Part shown: positions 20,809 through 31,985 of the stretch, in pieces
How the letters are laid out: the number at the start of each line of letters is the position of its first letter
Numbering within the stretch: position 1 is the stretch's first letter
Assembly (NCBI GenBank): GCA_963716255.1
Contig: OY970303.1
Coordinates: 3,552,001 to 3,616,000, forward strand
From: an uncultured Gemmatimonadales bacterium
GTDB lineage: Bacteria > Gemmatimonadota > Gemmatimonadetes > Longimicrobiales > Longimicrobiaceae
Length of the DNA: 64,000 nucleotides
Reading direction: 5' to 3'
Made by a program: the position numbers and the translations under genes
Notes under the pieces: model-generated
Told to the model about the DNA's origin: nothing
Seen by the model: only the letters and a program-made list of their open reading frames with translations
The model's database searches: none

Positions 20809-20957
20809 CGAAGATGCTGGGCTTCCTGGGGATGACCGTCGGCGGATGGGCCGGCTGGTGGGCCGGCGCCCACGTCGGGATCACGACCGCCTTCATGCTC
20901 AGCATGGTGGGCACCGGGGCGGGGCTGTACTACGGGCGCCGCCTGGCCGGCGGCTGA
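20805..20957 (+). CDS. small Gly-rich two-helix membrane protein (50 aa)
   Basis: GTG start overlapping the kinase stop (GTGA); TKMLGFLGMTVGGWAGWWAGAHVGITTAFMLSMVGTGAGLYYGRR. Confidence 0.65.
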   Translation: MTKMLGFLGMTVGGWAGWWAGAHVGITTAFMLSMVGTGAGLYYGRRLAGG

Positions 20958-21041
20958 GCCCCGGTCCCCCGGCCCGGAAAAGAACGAGAGCGCGCTCCGG
21001 AACGGTCCGGGGCGCGCTCTCGCCGTTCCGGGGCCGCCGCG

Positions 21042-21446
21042 TCAGTCGTGCGGCACCACCGCCGTCCCGCCGCCCAGGTAGCTGCGCACCTGCGCCCCCA
21101 CCACCGGCACCTCCCACTCGTCGCCCTGCCAGGCGCGGTACATCAGGTACAGCCAAAGGACGAAGCTGGCCAGGCCCACCGCCATCGCCAGGGCGAGGCT
21201 GACCAGGAACCCCAGGATGGGGATGTTGGAAAGCACGTTGCCCAGCACCGAAAGGACGACGTTCAGGGCGAACAGGGCGACGCCCACCCCGATGGACTGG
21301 GCCGCGTGGAAGCGGACGAACGGGCTCTCCTTCTCCAGGACCAGGAAGAGCACCCCCGTGAAGGGCATCAGGAGGTACGAGAGCGCGCCGGCGACGTTGG
21401 GGGCGAGGCCGGTGGTTCCCTGCGGGGCGCTGGGCGTCTCGGGCAT
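21042..21446 (-). CDS. DUF4870-like membrane protein
   Basis: GLAPNVAGALSYLL, FVRFHAAQS, YRAWQG..VPVVG. Confidence 0.8.
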   Translation of the reverse strand: MPETPSAPQGTTGLAPNVAGALSYLLMPFTGVLFLVLEKESPFVRFHAAQSIGVGVALFALNVVLSVLGNVLSNIPILGFLVSLALAMAVGLASFVLWLYLMYRAWQGDEWEVPVVGAQVRSYLGGGTAVVPHD

Positions 21447-21694
21447 GGCTGGACCTCCGTGGCGGGGTTCGGCGGCCCCGTCGGGCGGCGACGGGAGCGC
21501 GAGCGAGGGAGGGAGCGGCGGCGCGGGCGTCCGGCGCCCCGCGGGTAATTCCGTCTGAAAGGCGGTTGGTGTCAAGACTTTTGGCGGGGGGGCGCCGCAT
21601 GAAACGCTTGACGCCGGCGCCCGCGCGCTGCATCAGTTACGGCTCGGGCGCGCCCGCGCCCTCCCCGCCCACCCCCCTTCCCGAGGAGGCCGCG

Positions 21695-22612
21695 ATGCCG
21701 CTCTCCGTGCCGTTCCGCTCCCGCTCCCGGCGCTCCGCCCTGCTCCCGGCCGGCCTGCTCGCGCTCGCCCTCGCCGCGTGCGGCGGCGATGGCGACGCCG
21801 CCGAGGCGAAGCCCGAGGACGTGGACATGGACACCCCGGTGGCCGTGACCGACGAGGAGACGGCCCGGTTCAGGGCGCCCGCCGACAGCGTGCTCACCCC
21901 GGCGCAGGTGGAAGCGTACCTCAAGACCAGCCTCCTCCAGTACGACCTGGTGCGCAAGGAGAGCGAGGGGATCCACGGCAAGGTCAGGGAGATGGAGGAG
22001 CGGGGCAAGGACGGGGGGACGCTGGGCGGCCTGCGCAACATGGTCGAGGGCGTGCAGACCATGGCGCAGGCGGGAGACCTGATCGGCGGCAGCTACATCC
22101 GCTCCGCGCGCACGCTGGGCTACAACCCGGCCGAGATGGAGTGGGTGCGCGAGCGCATGTCCGAGGTCGCCGGCCACCTGATGATGAAGCCCATGTACGA
22201 GCAGTCGGCGAAGAACGCCGGCGACATGCGCGCCCAGGCCGAGCAGTTCCGCGCGCAGCTGGCCGGCGGCGCCAACCCCGGCTTCAGCGAAGCGGATCTC
22301 CAGCAGATGTTCGCCTCCGCCAACGAGATGGAGGCGCAGGCCAAGGAGCAGATGCAGGCGAGCCGGGCCGTGCAGGCCAACCTGGCCGTGCTTCACAGGG
22401 CCCGTCCCGCGGTGACCGACGCCATGTGGGGCACGGTGGGCTTCGCGGGCGGCACGCAGGGGTTCCTGGTGCTGGCCGGGCTCGGCGATCCCGCCAACGC
22501 CGAGGCCAAGCAGAAGCTGGACGAGTTCCGCGTGGTGTACCAGGACGCGCTCGCCAACCGCGTTTCCAAGGGAATGGAGAACGCGCCGGCCACGCAGCCG
22601 CAGCAGCCGTAG
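21695..22612 (+). CDS. helical lipoprotein of unknown function
   Basis: LAAC lipobox, GAGGAGG RBS, strong GC3 bias. Confidence 0.75.
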   Translation: MPLSVPFRSRSRRSALLPAGLLALALAACGGDGDAAEAKPEDVDMDTPVAVTDEETARFRAPADSVLTPAQVEAYLKTSLLQYDLVRKESEGIHGKVREMEERGKDGGTLGGLRNMVEGVQTMAQAGDLIGGSYIRSARTLGYNPAEMEWVRERMSEVAGHLMMKPMYEQSAKNAGDMRAQAEQFRAQLAGGANPGFSEADLQQMFASANEMEAQAKEQMQASRAVQANLAVLHRARPAVTDAMWGTVGFAGGTQGFLVLAGLGDPANAEAKQKLDEFRVVYQDALANRVSKGMENAPATQPQQP

Positions 22613-22669
22613 CCCGGGGCGGGGAGGGGGCGGGGAAGCTGTTCTCACCTCTTGGCGAGGAGGTACGGG

Positions 22670-22891
22670 ATGAAGCGGAACTGGCGGACGGTGCGGGCCG
22701 GCGTTCTCACGGCCGGCGTGGCGGGTGTGCTGGGGTTCGGCGCGGCGCAGGCGCTCGCGTCGCCGGCGGACGCGAACGCGGCCCTGGTGTGCTCCACCTC
22801 GGTGTGCGTGAACTGGTGCCAGAAGCAGTACGGGCCGTACGCCAACGGGCAGTGCGCGCCCAGCGGGTTCGGGTGCGTGTGTTCGCCCTGA
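22670..22891 (+). CDS. secreted defensin-like (CS-alpha-beta) Cys-rich peptide 1, 73 aa
   Basis: GAGGAGG RBS, Sec-like signal, mature part C-x4-C-x3-C-x9-GxC-x6-CxC. Confidence 0.8.
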   Translation: MKRNWRTVRAGVLTAGVAGVLGFGAAQALASPADANAALVCSTSVCVNWCQKQYGPYANGQCAPSGFGCVCSP

Positions 22892-22925
22892 CCTGAGGTT
22901 CTACGGTGGGGCTGGGGCTGCGGTT

Positions 22926-23049
22926 GGGGCCGCTCCGGAGCCGGACGATACGGCCGTCCGTCTCCTGCGCGGGCGCAAGGAGCCCCGGAAAACTGCCTCC
23001 GGGTCTCCCTGCGCCGGAGTGAGCCTCGCCAAACAGCCGGCGAGTCTCC
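22926..23049 (-). repeat. family-B triple-hairpin element, copy 1
   Basis: Three tandem GGAGA-stem-loop-stem-GCTC units; homologous to 26943-27067. Confidence 0.9.
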
Positions 23050-23090
23050 CTCCGAAGAGAATCATACGGGTACTGCGGAACTGAAACTGC

Positions 23091-23132
23091 AAAAGGCGCC
23101 CTCACCGGGATCTCCCGGCGGGGGCGCCTTTT
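23091..23132. terminator. bidirectional intrinsic terminator
   Basis: AAAAGGCGCCC...GGGCGCCTTTT hairpin between convergent genes. Confidence 0.8.
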
Positions 23133-23180
23133 CGTACTCCGTACTTCTCACTCCGCACTCTCGCACTCTCGCACTGCCGT

Positions 23181-24584
23181 TCAGTCCGCGCTCTCGCGCT
23201 CCTGCACCGCGGTCAGCTCCGCCGCGCCGAAGATCCTGCCCACCACCTCGACCTGCTGCTGCGGCTCGATCTCGTCGCCGTCGGCGGCGCCCAGGTCGCG
23301 GAAGCGGCGGGCGCTCACCAGCACGCGCGACTCCAGCGAGGCCGCGGCGCGGTTGTAGGAGGAGACCGAGCGGTCCAGGCTGCGGCGCAGGTCGTCGAAG
23401 TGGCCGGCCATCACCCGCACGCGGCCGTGCAGCTCACGGCCCAGCTCGCTGATGCGCTGCGCGTTCTCGGCGAGGGTTTCCTGGCGCCAGCCGTAGGCCA
23501 CGGCGCGCAGCAGGGCGATGAGGGTGGTGGGGGTCGCCAGGATCACGCCCTGCTCCACGCCGGCCTCGATCAGCGAGGGGTCCTGCTCCAGCGCGGCGCT
23601 GAAGAAGGTCTCGCCGGGGAGGAAGAGCACCACGAACTCCGGCGAGGGGTCGAACTGCTCCCAGTACGACTTGGCGCCCAGCTTCTGCAGGTGGGTGCGC
23701 ACCTGGCGCGCGTGGTCGCGCAGGTGGCCGGCGCGCGCCGCCTCGTCGCCCGCCTCCAGCGCCAGCAGGTAGCCGTGCAGCGGTGCCTTCGCGTCCACCA
23801 CCACGTGCTTGCGGTTGGGGAGGCGCACCACCAGGTCCGGGCGCTGCCGGCCGCTCTCCCCGAACGCCGTCGCCTGCTCCACGTAGTCGCAGTGCTCGGT
23901 CATCCCCGCCAGCTCCACCACCCGCCGCAGCTGGATCTCCCCCCAGCGCCCCCGCACCTGCGGCGCCCGCAGCGCCGTCACCAGGTTCCCCGTCTGCCGC
24001 TGCAGTTCCCCCTGCGACAGCGCCAGGGCGCGCACCTGCTCCGTGAGCGAGGCGTATGCCCCGGCCCGCTCCCGCTCGATCTCGCGGATGCGCTCCGTCA
24101 CCCGGTCCAGCGACTCGCGCAGCGGCTTCACCACCGCATCGATGGACTCCTCGCGCCGCAGCAGATCGCCGCGGGCGCGCTCCTGGTGCTCGCCCAGCGA
24201 AGCGGCGGCCAGCTCCAGGAAGGCACGGCTGTTCCCCTGGAGCGCGTCGGCGGAAAGGGCGCGGAACGACTCGGCAAGCCGCCGCTCGGCCGCCTCCAGC
24301 GTGGCGCGCTGCTCCGCCCACGAGCGGCGCTCCTCCTCGCCGCGGGCGCGCAGCTCGGCCACGGCGGCCGCGAGGCGGGCCCCTTCCGCGCGCAGCGACT
24401 CGGCCTGGCGCTCCCGCTCGGCGGCGGCGACCTGCAGCTCGCCGGCGCGGCGCTCGGCGGCGCGCAGCCGCTCCTCCAGCACGGCGGACGCGGCGGCGGT
24501 GCGGGCGCGCAGCAGCAGCCAGGCCAGGGCGCAGCCCAGGACCAGGCCGGCGAGCGCGGCCGCGGCGGGGGAGAGCGTGTCCAT
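23181..24584 (-). CDS. rmuC: DNA recombination protein RmuC
   Basis: N-terminal TM plus coiled coil; [42 protein letters not shown]. Confidence 0.93.
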   Translation of the reverse strand: MDTLSPAAAALAGLVLGCALAWLLLRARTAAASAVLEERLRAAERRAGELQVAAAERERQAESLRAEGARLAAAVAELRARGEEERRSWAEQRATLEAAERRLAESFRALSADALQGNSRAFLELAAASLGEHQERARGDLLRREESIDAVVKPLRESLDRVTERIREIERERAGAYASLTEQVRALALSQGELQRQTGNLVTALRAPQVRGRWGEIQLRRVVELAGMTEHCDYVEQATAFGESGRQRPDLVVRLPNRKHVVVDAKAPLHGYLLALEAGDEAARAGHLRDHARQVRTHLQKLGAKSYWEQFDPSPEFVVLFLPGETFFSAALEQDPSLIEAGVEQGVILATPTTLIALLRAVAYGWRQETLAENAQRISELGRELHGRVRVMAGHFDDLRRSLDRSVSSYNRAAASLESRVLVSARRFRDLGAADGDEIEPQQQVEVVGRIFGAAELTAVQERESAD

Positions 24585-24707
24585 GGGAGCGGGAGAGAAC
24601 AGGTGGGGCGGATGTGGACGGGGATGGCGCAAGATCCCCACGGGCGGCGCGCGTGTCAACTGTGCCGTCCATCGGGAAGGTGGTGCGCCCGGCCGCCCCT
24701 CGGTCGC

Positions 24708-25787
24708 CTACCGGGAGGGGGCACTGCTTTCCAGGAAGTCGCCGCTGTCCACCGGGCCCAGGCGCACCTCGGTGGAGCGGGAGCCCAGGAGGCGGCGGAA
24801 GCCGCGAAAGTACGCGGGGAGGCCCTCCACGTTCAATGCCGCGCCGGTGCGCAGCTCGTAGTGAAGGTGCGGGAACATGGAGCTGCCGGAGGAGCCCACG
24901 CGGCCGACGGCCTGGCCCTGCGCGACCCGGGCGCCGGGCTTCACCGTCACGCTCCCGCGCTGCAGGTGGCCGAGCAGGCTGAATTCGCCGCCGCCGTGGT
25001 CGATCACCACGTAGTTGCCGTAGACGCTCAGCGGCCGCTCGCGGATCGTCGCTGGGTCGAACAGGTCCTCGGAGCCGTGGTTGTCCGGCTGGGCGGACCA
25101 GGCGGCGGCGACGGTCCCGGCCCCGGGGGCGAGCACCGGCGCCCCCCAGCCGAAGTAGCCCGGGTTGCGGCTCCCGTCCCCGGAGTGCATGGCGCCGGCG
25201 GTGTCCACGGCCACGAAGTCGTGCGCGTAGCGGCCCGGGTTGGCGCAGCAGATCCCGAAGCCTCGCAGCCCGGGGTGGGTGTAGTCCCAGCGGCGGTGGT
25301 GGGCGAGGAAGTCGTGCCCGTCCCACACCAGCACTCGCCCCGCCAGGGGGAGGACCAGGTCGGTCGCGGGGCGGAAGGCGACGGGGCGCACCGTCGCCGT
25401 GGCGGAGGCGGTGTCCGCGGGGCGGACGCCGTCGAAGCGGAAGCGGTAGCGGAGCTCCGCCAACTCCACCTCCGGGTCCCAGGCGTAGAACGGGTTGAAG
25501 ACCAGCCCCGTGGCGCCCCCTGCCCACGCGCGGTCCGGCACCGTGCCGATCCCCGGCCGGACGCCGTTGCCGTCCACGAACCTGCGCAGCACCAGCCTCC
25601 CCGCCCGGTCCAGCACCGACACCTCCACCGAGCGAAGGCGCAGCGTGTCCGCGGTCCGGTTCTCCACCTGGAAGTCGAAGTTGAGGTTCTGCTGGACGCG
25701 GGTCTCCACGTACGCGCGCTCCGGCCGCGGCGTGACGACGATGCGCGCCGTGTCGAGCGCGGCGAGGAGGGGCAGGAGGAGGATCAC
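24708..25787 (-). CDS. secreted M23-family metallopeptidase
   Basis: YAHDF, GNYVVIDH, HLQRGS, VGSSGSS..PHLHY. Confidence 0.8.
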   Translation of the reverse strand: MILLLPLLAALDTARIVVTPRPERAYVETRVQQNLNFDFQVENRTADTLRLRSVEVSVLDRAGRLVLRRFVDGNGVRPGIGTVPDRAWAGGATGLVFNPFYAWDPEVELAELRYRFRFDGVRPADTASATATVRPVAFRPATDLVLPLAGRVLVWDGHDFLAHHRRWDYTHPGLRGFGICCANPGRYAHDFVAVDTAGAMHSGDGSRNPGYFGWGAPVLAPGAGTVAAAWSAQPDNHGSEDLFDPATIRERPLSVYGNYVVIDHGGGEFSLLGHLQRGSVTVKPGARVAQGQAVGRVGSSGSSMFPHLHYELRTGAALNVEGLPAYFRGFRRLLGSRSTEVRLGPVDSGDFLESSAPSR

Positions 25788-25905
25788 GGTGGCTCGGCTT
25801 GCGGGTGCGGGAAGGAGGTGGCTTTGCTGGCGGGACGTACGGGCGGCACGGGGGCGGGGTTTCGGCGGGGGCGGTTTCTACGGCTTTCCTGAACGGGCGG
25901 GATTC

Positions 25906-26335
25906 GGGCGTGCCCCCCGCGGGGCGCGGGGGTCGGGCTTCGGCTCCGTCAGCCCGCAAACAACGCGGGCTGACGGAGTCGAGCCCCGCGAAACTGCCTG
26001 CGGGTCTGAGCAGCCGGGATGATGCTTGACACTTTGGACCGGGAGGATGCTTGACACTCCCTCCCGTTCCTACCAAGGACTTACGCTGTTTCTGACCAGA
26101 GAGCAGTGAGGGATCCCCTCAGTGCTACCCTCTCCTACGGCAGGGGGCAACACCGAGCAGCAGTGAGGGTTACCCTACCTAAGCATTCAGCAAAGCGCTT
26201 GGGATTCGATCCATTTCCTAGTCGCTGCGCCGAAGTCTCTCTCATCAGGGAGTGTCAAGCATCCTCCCGGTCTATTCTGTCAACCATCAACCCGGTCCAT
26301 ACCGTCTCGCCCCTTCGGGCCGTAATCCCTCACGC
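25906..26335 (+). repeat. family-A copy 5, split by a MITE
   Basis: The 5' part (25906-26007) and 3' part (26304-26335) rejoin into the consensus. Confidence 0.9.
26008..26303. mobile_element. non-autonomous MITE, 296 bp, IS481-like ends
   Basis: Perfect 26-bp inverted repeat (26037-26062 / 26247-26272) plus an outer imperfect copy at each end; flanking GTCT duplication; lower GC; no transposase. Confidence 0.8.
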
Positions 26336-26465
26336 GGGGGGCGGCGCGTGGGCGCGGTACCTCGATCAGCGCGAGGCGCCCCGGCCGCGTCGCGGCCGGG
26401 GCGCCTCGTGCGGGTGGGAGGAAGGCGCTCGGCGCGCCGTCCTCCCGCCGCTCACCCGCGCCGCG

Positions 26466-26678
26466 TCAGACGGCGCACTGGCACTCCCCGTTCTCGCAGT
26501 AGCCCGCGGCGAACGGCCCCCACTGCGCCTCGCAGGCCGCGTTGCACGCCACCGGGTTGCACACGGCGACCTCCGCCCGCGCGGGCGTGGCGAACACCTG
26601 CACGGCCCCGAACCCGAGCGTCCCCGCCATGCCCATGCTCAGGATCCCCTTGCGGATCTTGCGGCTGATGCGGCTCAT
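26466..26678 (-). CDS. secreted defensin-like (CS-alpha-beta) Cys-rich peptide 2, 70 aa
   Basis: GGAGAGG RBS; signal MSRISRKIRKGILSMGMAGTLGFGAVQVFA; CNPVACNAACEAQWGPFAAGYCENGECQC. Confidence 0.8.
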   Translation of the reverse strand: MSRISRKIRKGILSMGMAGTLGFGAVQVFATPARAEVAVCNPVACNAACEAQWGPFAAGYCENGECQCAV

Positions 26679-26828
26679 ATCGTCCTCTCCTGGTTCCGGT
26701 TTCGTTGCGGACCGGCGCTCCCTCCTTCCGGTCCCTCTGTCGCCGGCGCGGGGCCCCGCGCCTCGTCGGATATTTTGTAAGCCGTTGCAGTTGCTGTGCT
26801 TGGCTTCTTCCGACGGGTTTTTCCCTCT

Positions 26829-26844
26829 CGCAATCTCCGGGCCA
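26829..26844 (-). promoter_or_regulatory. sigma-54 -24/-12 promoter candidate for defensin-like peptide 2
   Basis: TGGCCCGGAGATTGCG, GG-N10-GC. Confidence 0.55.
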
Positions 26845-26942
26845 CAACCGTCCGCGAAAGAGCGGATAACTGGTTGCAGCGCATGTGGATGGACGCAGTC
26901 GCAGTCGCCGTTCCCGCGGTATCCCCCAGAATCAGTACGGGA

Positions 26943-27067
26943 GGAGACTCGCCGGCTGTTTGGCGAGGCTCCTCCCGTGCGAAGGGAGACAGCCGGGCAG
27001 TTTCGGCTGGCTCCCGCAGCCCGCGCAGGAGACCGGCAGCAGTACCGCCGGGCTCCGGAGCGGCCCC
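26943..27067 (+). repeat. family-B triple-hairpin element, copy 2
   Basis: Units start at 26943, 26985 and 27028. Confidence 0.9.
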
Positions 27068-27102
27068 TACGACAGTTTATCCATACCGCACGAACCCGCA
27101 GA

Positions 27103-29307
<2,205 letters not shown>

Positions 29308-29415
29308 CGTCCATGCTCCGGGGATCGCGCGGCGCACGAGGGGGCGCCGCGCCTCCCCGGAAGATGAGCGGGGACGCGGCGGGGCGCCAGTCGGGCGCGC
29401 GGGGCGTGGAGCGGG

Positions 29416-30567
29416 CTACGCCGTGAGCTCGGGCTTCAGGCGGTGGTGACGGAGGAAGTCCATGAACTTGAGGTAGTCGTCCTGCTCCAGGCCGAGCAGG
29501 CGGATGAGGCGCTTGTAGCTGCCGTTGGTCTGGCGGAGGCCGCGGGCCACGATCTGGCGGACCTCGGAGCGGCTCAGCTCCCGGTCCATGAACGGGGCGT
29601 GAACCACCACCCAGAAGTTCTCGCCGCCGCGCACCATCCGCTCGAAGCACGTCTCGATGCCGCCGATCGCCGGCCGCCCGCCGCCGGCGGGGGAAGACGC
29701 CCCGGGCGCGTCCAGCACCTCGGCGAACTCCCGCGGCAGGATGGTGGCCCCCTCGGCGAGGTGGAACCCCATGTCCACCAGGCTGCGCAGCTCGCGGACG
29801 TTGCCGGGCCAGTGGTACCCCCCCAGCCGATCCATCGCCTCGGGGGAGAACGCCTTGCGGCTCGACCAGCGGGCGTTGAGCCCGTCCAGGTAGTGGCGCA
29901 CCAGGAGGTCCCAGTCGGCGCCGCGCTCGCGCAGGCAGGGGACGTGCACCCACAGGTAGCGGAGGCGGTAGAACAGGTCGGCGCGGAAGGAGCCGGCCTG
30001 CACCATGGGACGGAGGTCGCGGCTGGTGGCGGCGATCACCCGCACGTCCACCTTGCGCACGCAGTTCCCTCCCACCGGGACCACCTCGCCCTCGCCCAGT
30101 GTGCGCAGGAGCATGGCCTGCGCGCCGGGGGTGAGCTCGCCGATCTCGTCCAGGAACACCACCCCGCCGCCGGCTTCCTCGAAGATCCCCCGGTGGTCGG
30201 TCACGGCCCCGGTGAAGCTGCCCTTCTTGTGGCCGAACAGCTCGCTGGCGATGAGGTTGCCGTCGTTGTACTGCGCGCAGTTGATCCGCAGGAAGGGCCT
30301 GCCGGCGCGGGGACCCAGGAGGTAGAGTGCCTTTGCGAACAGTTCCTTGCCGGTGCCCGTCTCCCCGGTGATCAGCACCGGCGACTCGGAGCGGGCGAAG
30401 CGGAGCACCTTCTGCTGGGCTTCCAGCAGCCGGCCGTCCAGCCCCACCATGGTCACGGCGTTCTTCCACCCCCACTGCTCCACGGAAAGCTCCTGTACGG
30501 CACGCGCGAGGTCCGAGCAGGCGTTGCCCGAAACGGTGCTTTCCGTCGCGGTCGAATTTGAAGTCAT
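29416..30567 (-). CDS. sigma-54-dependent enhancer-binding activator without a recognisable sensor domain
   Basis: GETGTGKE, SELFGHKKGSFTGA, FLDEIGE, FRADLFYRL, WPGNVREL; short N-terminus; C-terminal helical DNA-binding region. Confidence 0.9.
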   Translation of the reverse strand: MTSNSTATESTVSGNACSDLARAVQELSVEQWGWKNAVTMVGLDGRLLEAQQKVLRFARSESPVLITGETGTGKELFAKALYLLGPRAGRPFLRINCAQYNDGNLIASELFGHKKGSFTGAVTDHRGIFEEAGGGVVFLDEIGELTPGAQAMLLRTLGEGEVVPVGGNCVRKVDVRVIAATSRDLRPMVQAGSFRADLFYRLRYLWVHVPCLRERGADWDLLVRHYLDGLNARWSSRKAFSPEAMDRLGGYHWPGNVRELRSLVDMGFHLAEGATILPREFAEVLDAPGASSPAGGGRPAIGGIETCFERMVRGGENFWVVVHAPFMDRELSRSEVRQIVARGLRQTNGSYKRLIRLLGLEQDDYLKFMDFLRHHRLKPELTA

Positions 30568-30824
30568 GAAAGACACGCCCCTCGAAGGATCCGTGGCCTG
30601 GTGAAGTCCGGGTGGTGCGTGGGCAGGGTCAGCCGGTGGGCGGCGACCGGAGGGAGCGCGCGGATGGGGAAAGTGCGGTCGTCGGCGCGGTGCAAAGATG
30701 CTGCATGGTATGCCCCGGGTCACGGTCTCGCGGAGGCGGCTTCCCCGGCGCAAGCCTGCTGCTCGTCGCAGCTTTGGAGATGATCCAAGCCGGACAGCCA
30801 CGTTACAGCTCGGGATTGTTGATG

Positions 30825-31985
30825 TCAAGTTTGTCGTAAAGCAATCGTGCCAACCGGGGCAAACGCCTCGGCGCCCAGCCGCCCTCCGGCCTCCGGCGCG
30901 CCCAGCTCCTCCAGGGTGAGGCGCGCCATCGCGGCGAGCGCGCGCGCCCGGGCATCCAGGTCGCCCCAGTCCACGGCCCGCTCCAGCCCGGCGGCTTCCA
31001 GGTTCGCCGCCGCGTCGCGGACGAGCGACTGGAGGACCCGGAAGGCCCCGTCGGAGAGCGGCGGGTCGCCCCGGTAGCTGCGCAGGCGTCCGTCGGCGCG
31101 AAAGCGTGGAAAGTCCTCCACCCCCAGGAAGCGGAGCACCCAGTCGGCACGGAAGCGCCCGCACGCGGACACCACCCCCGCGAAGTCCGCGATGAGCTCG
31201 TCGTGGGCGGTGTTGCGCATGGAGCCGAAGGCGCGCCGGGTGAGGTGGTGCGCGCACTCGTGCTCCAGCCGGATCGCCAGCGAGGCTTCTTCCCACTCCC
31301 CCGCGGACATCCCCATCGCCGCGGCGGGGACGCCGCTGTAGGGGCCGCGGCTCAGCAGGACGAAGCGGTCCTGGTACAGCTCCCTGTGCGGCGCCAGCGC
31401 CCGCAGCTCGACCGCCCACCCGGCGTCGTCGCCCGGGTGCGACGCCTCCCAGGCACCGCGCAGCGCGCCGACCCGGTCCCAGTTCACGTAGCCCCCCACG
31501 ATGCAGGCGCCCATGGAGCCGGGGACCGCGTCCGGCTCGTTGCGGCGGGCGAGCGCCCGTACCAGCGTGACGAAGTCGTCGCGGTGGCCGGCGACCACCA
31601 CCGGCACGCGCCCCGCCGCCGTGGGGTGCAGGAAGAGCCGCAGGCGCTCGGGGTCGCGCAGGCGCGTCCCCCCGTGGGGAGGCCAGCTCCGCTCTCCGCG
31701 CCGCGTGGCGGCGCGGTACGCGTCCGTGGCGCTGACCCCCGCCGCCACGGGGAAGCGGAGCTGCACCAGCTTTTCGCGGAGCACCGGCCAGGCGCCCCGC
31801 TCCTCCGCCTCTGCCGCGTACCCTTCCCACGCCGCCACGAACGGCTCGTCGGGGAGGGGAAAGGGACCGGGAAGCTCGTCCGGGACGCGGAACGCCGGCT
31901 CGGTGTAGGCGAGCAGCTCCTCCGTTTCCGCGGGCGTGGCCCCGTGCGCCCGGAGGACCTCCGCGCGCGCGTCGCGGCGGGTCAC
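30825..31985 (-). CDS. conserved hypothetical protein with HExxH motif
   Basis: GTG start coupled to the upstream stop; IRLEHECAHH...HDELIADF. Confidence 0.7.
   Translation of the reverse strand: MTRRDARAEVLRAHGATPAETEELLAYTEPAFRVPDELPGPFPLPDEPFVAAWEGYAAEAEERGAWPVLREKLVQLRFPVAAGVSATDAYRAATRRGERSWPPHGGTRLRDPERLRLFLHPTAAGRVPVVVAGHRDDFVTLVRALARRNEPDAVPGSMGACIVGGYVNWDRVGALRGAWEASHPGDDAGWAVELRALAPHRELYQDRFVLLSRGPYSGVPAAAMGMSAGEWEEASLAIRLEHECAHHLTRRAFGSMRNTAHDELIADFAGVVSACGRFRADWVLRFLGVEDFPRFRADGRLRSYRGDPPLSDGAFRVLQSLVRDAAANLEAAGLERAVDWGDLDARARALAAMARLTLEELGAPEAGGRLGAEAFAPVGTIALRQT

Noticed and set aside
26943..27067. Family-B periodic units as a mini-CRISPR
   Set aside because: Only three units, inter-unit gaps of 12-13 nt, variation inside the repeats, and no cas genes.
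30841..30853. TTGGCACGATTGC upstream of the activator as a sigma-54 promoter
   Set aside because: GG-to-GC spacing is 7 nt, not the required 10.
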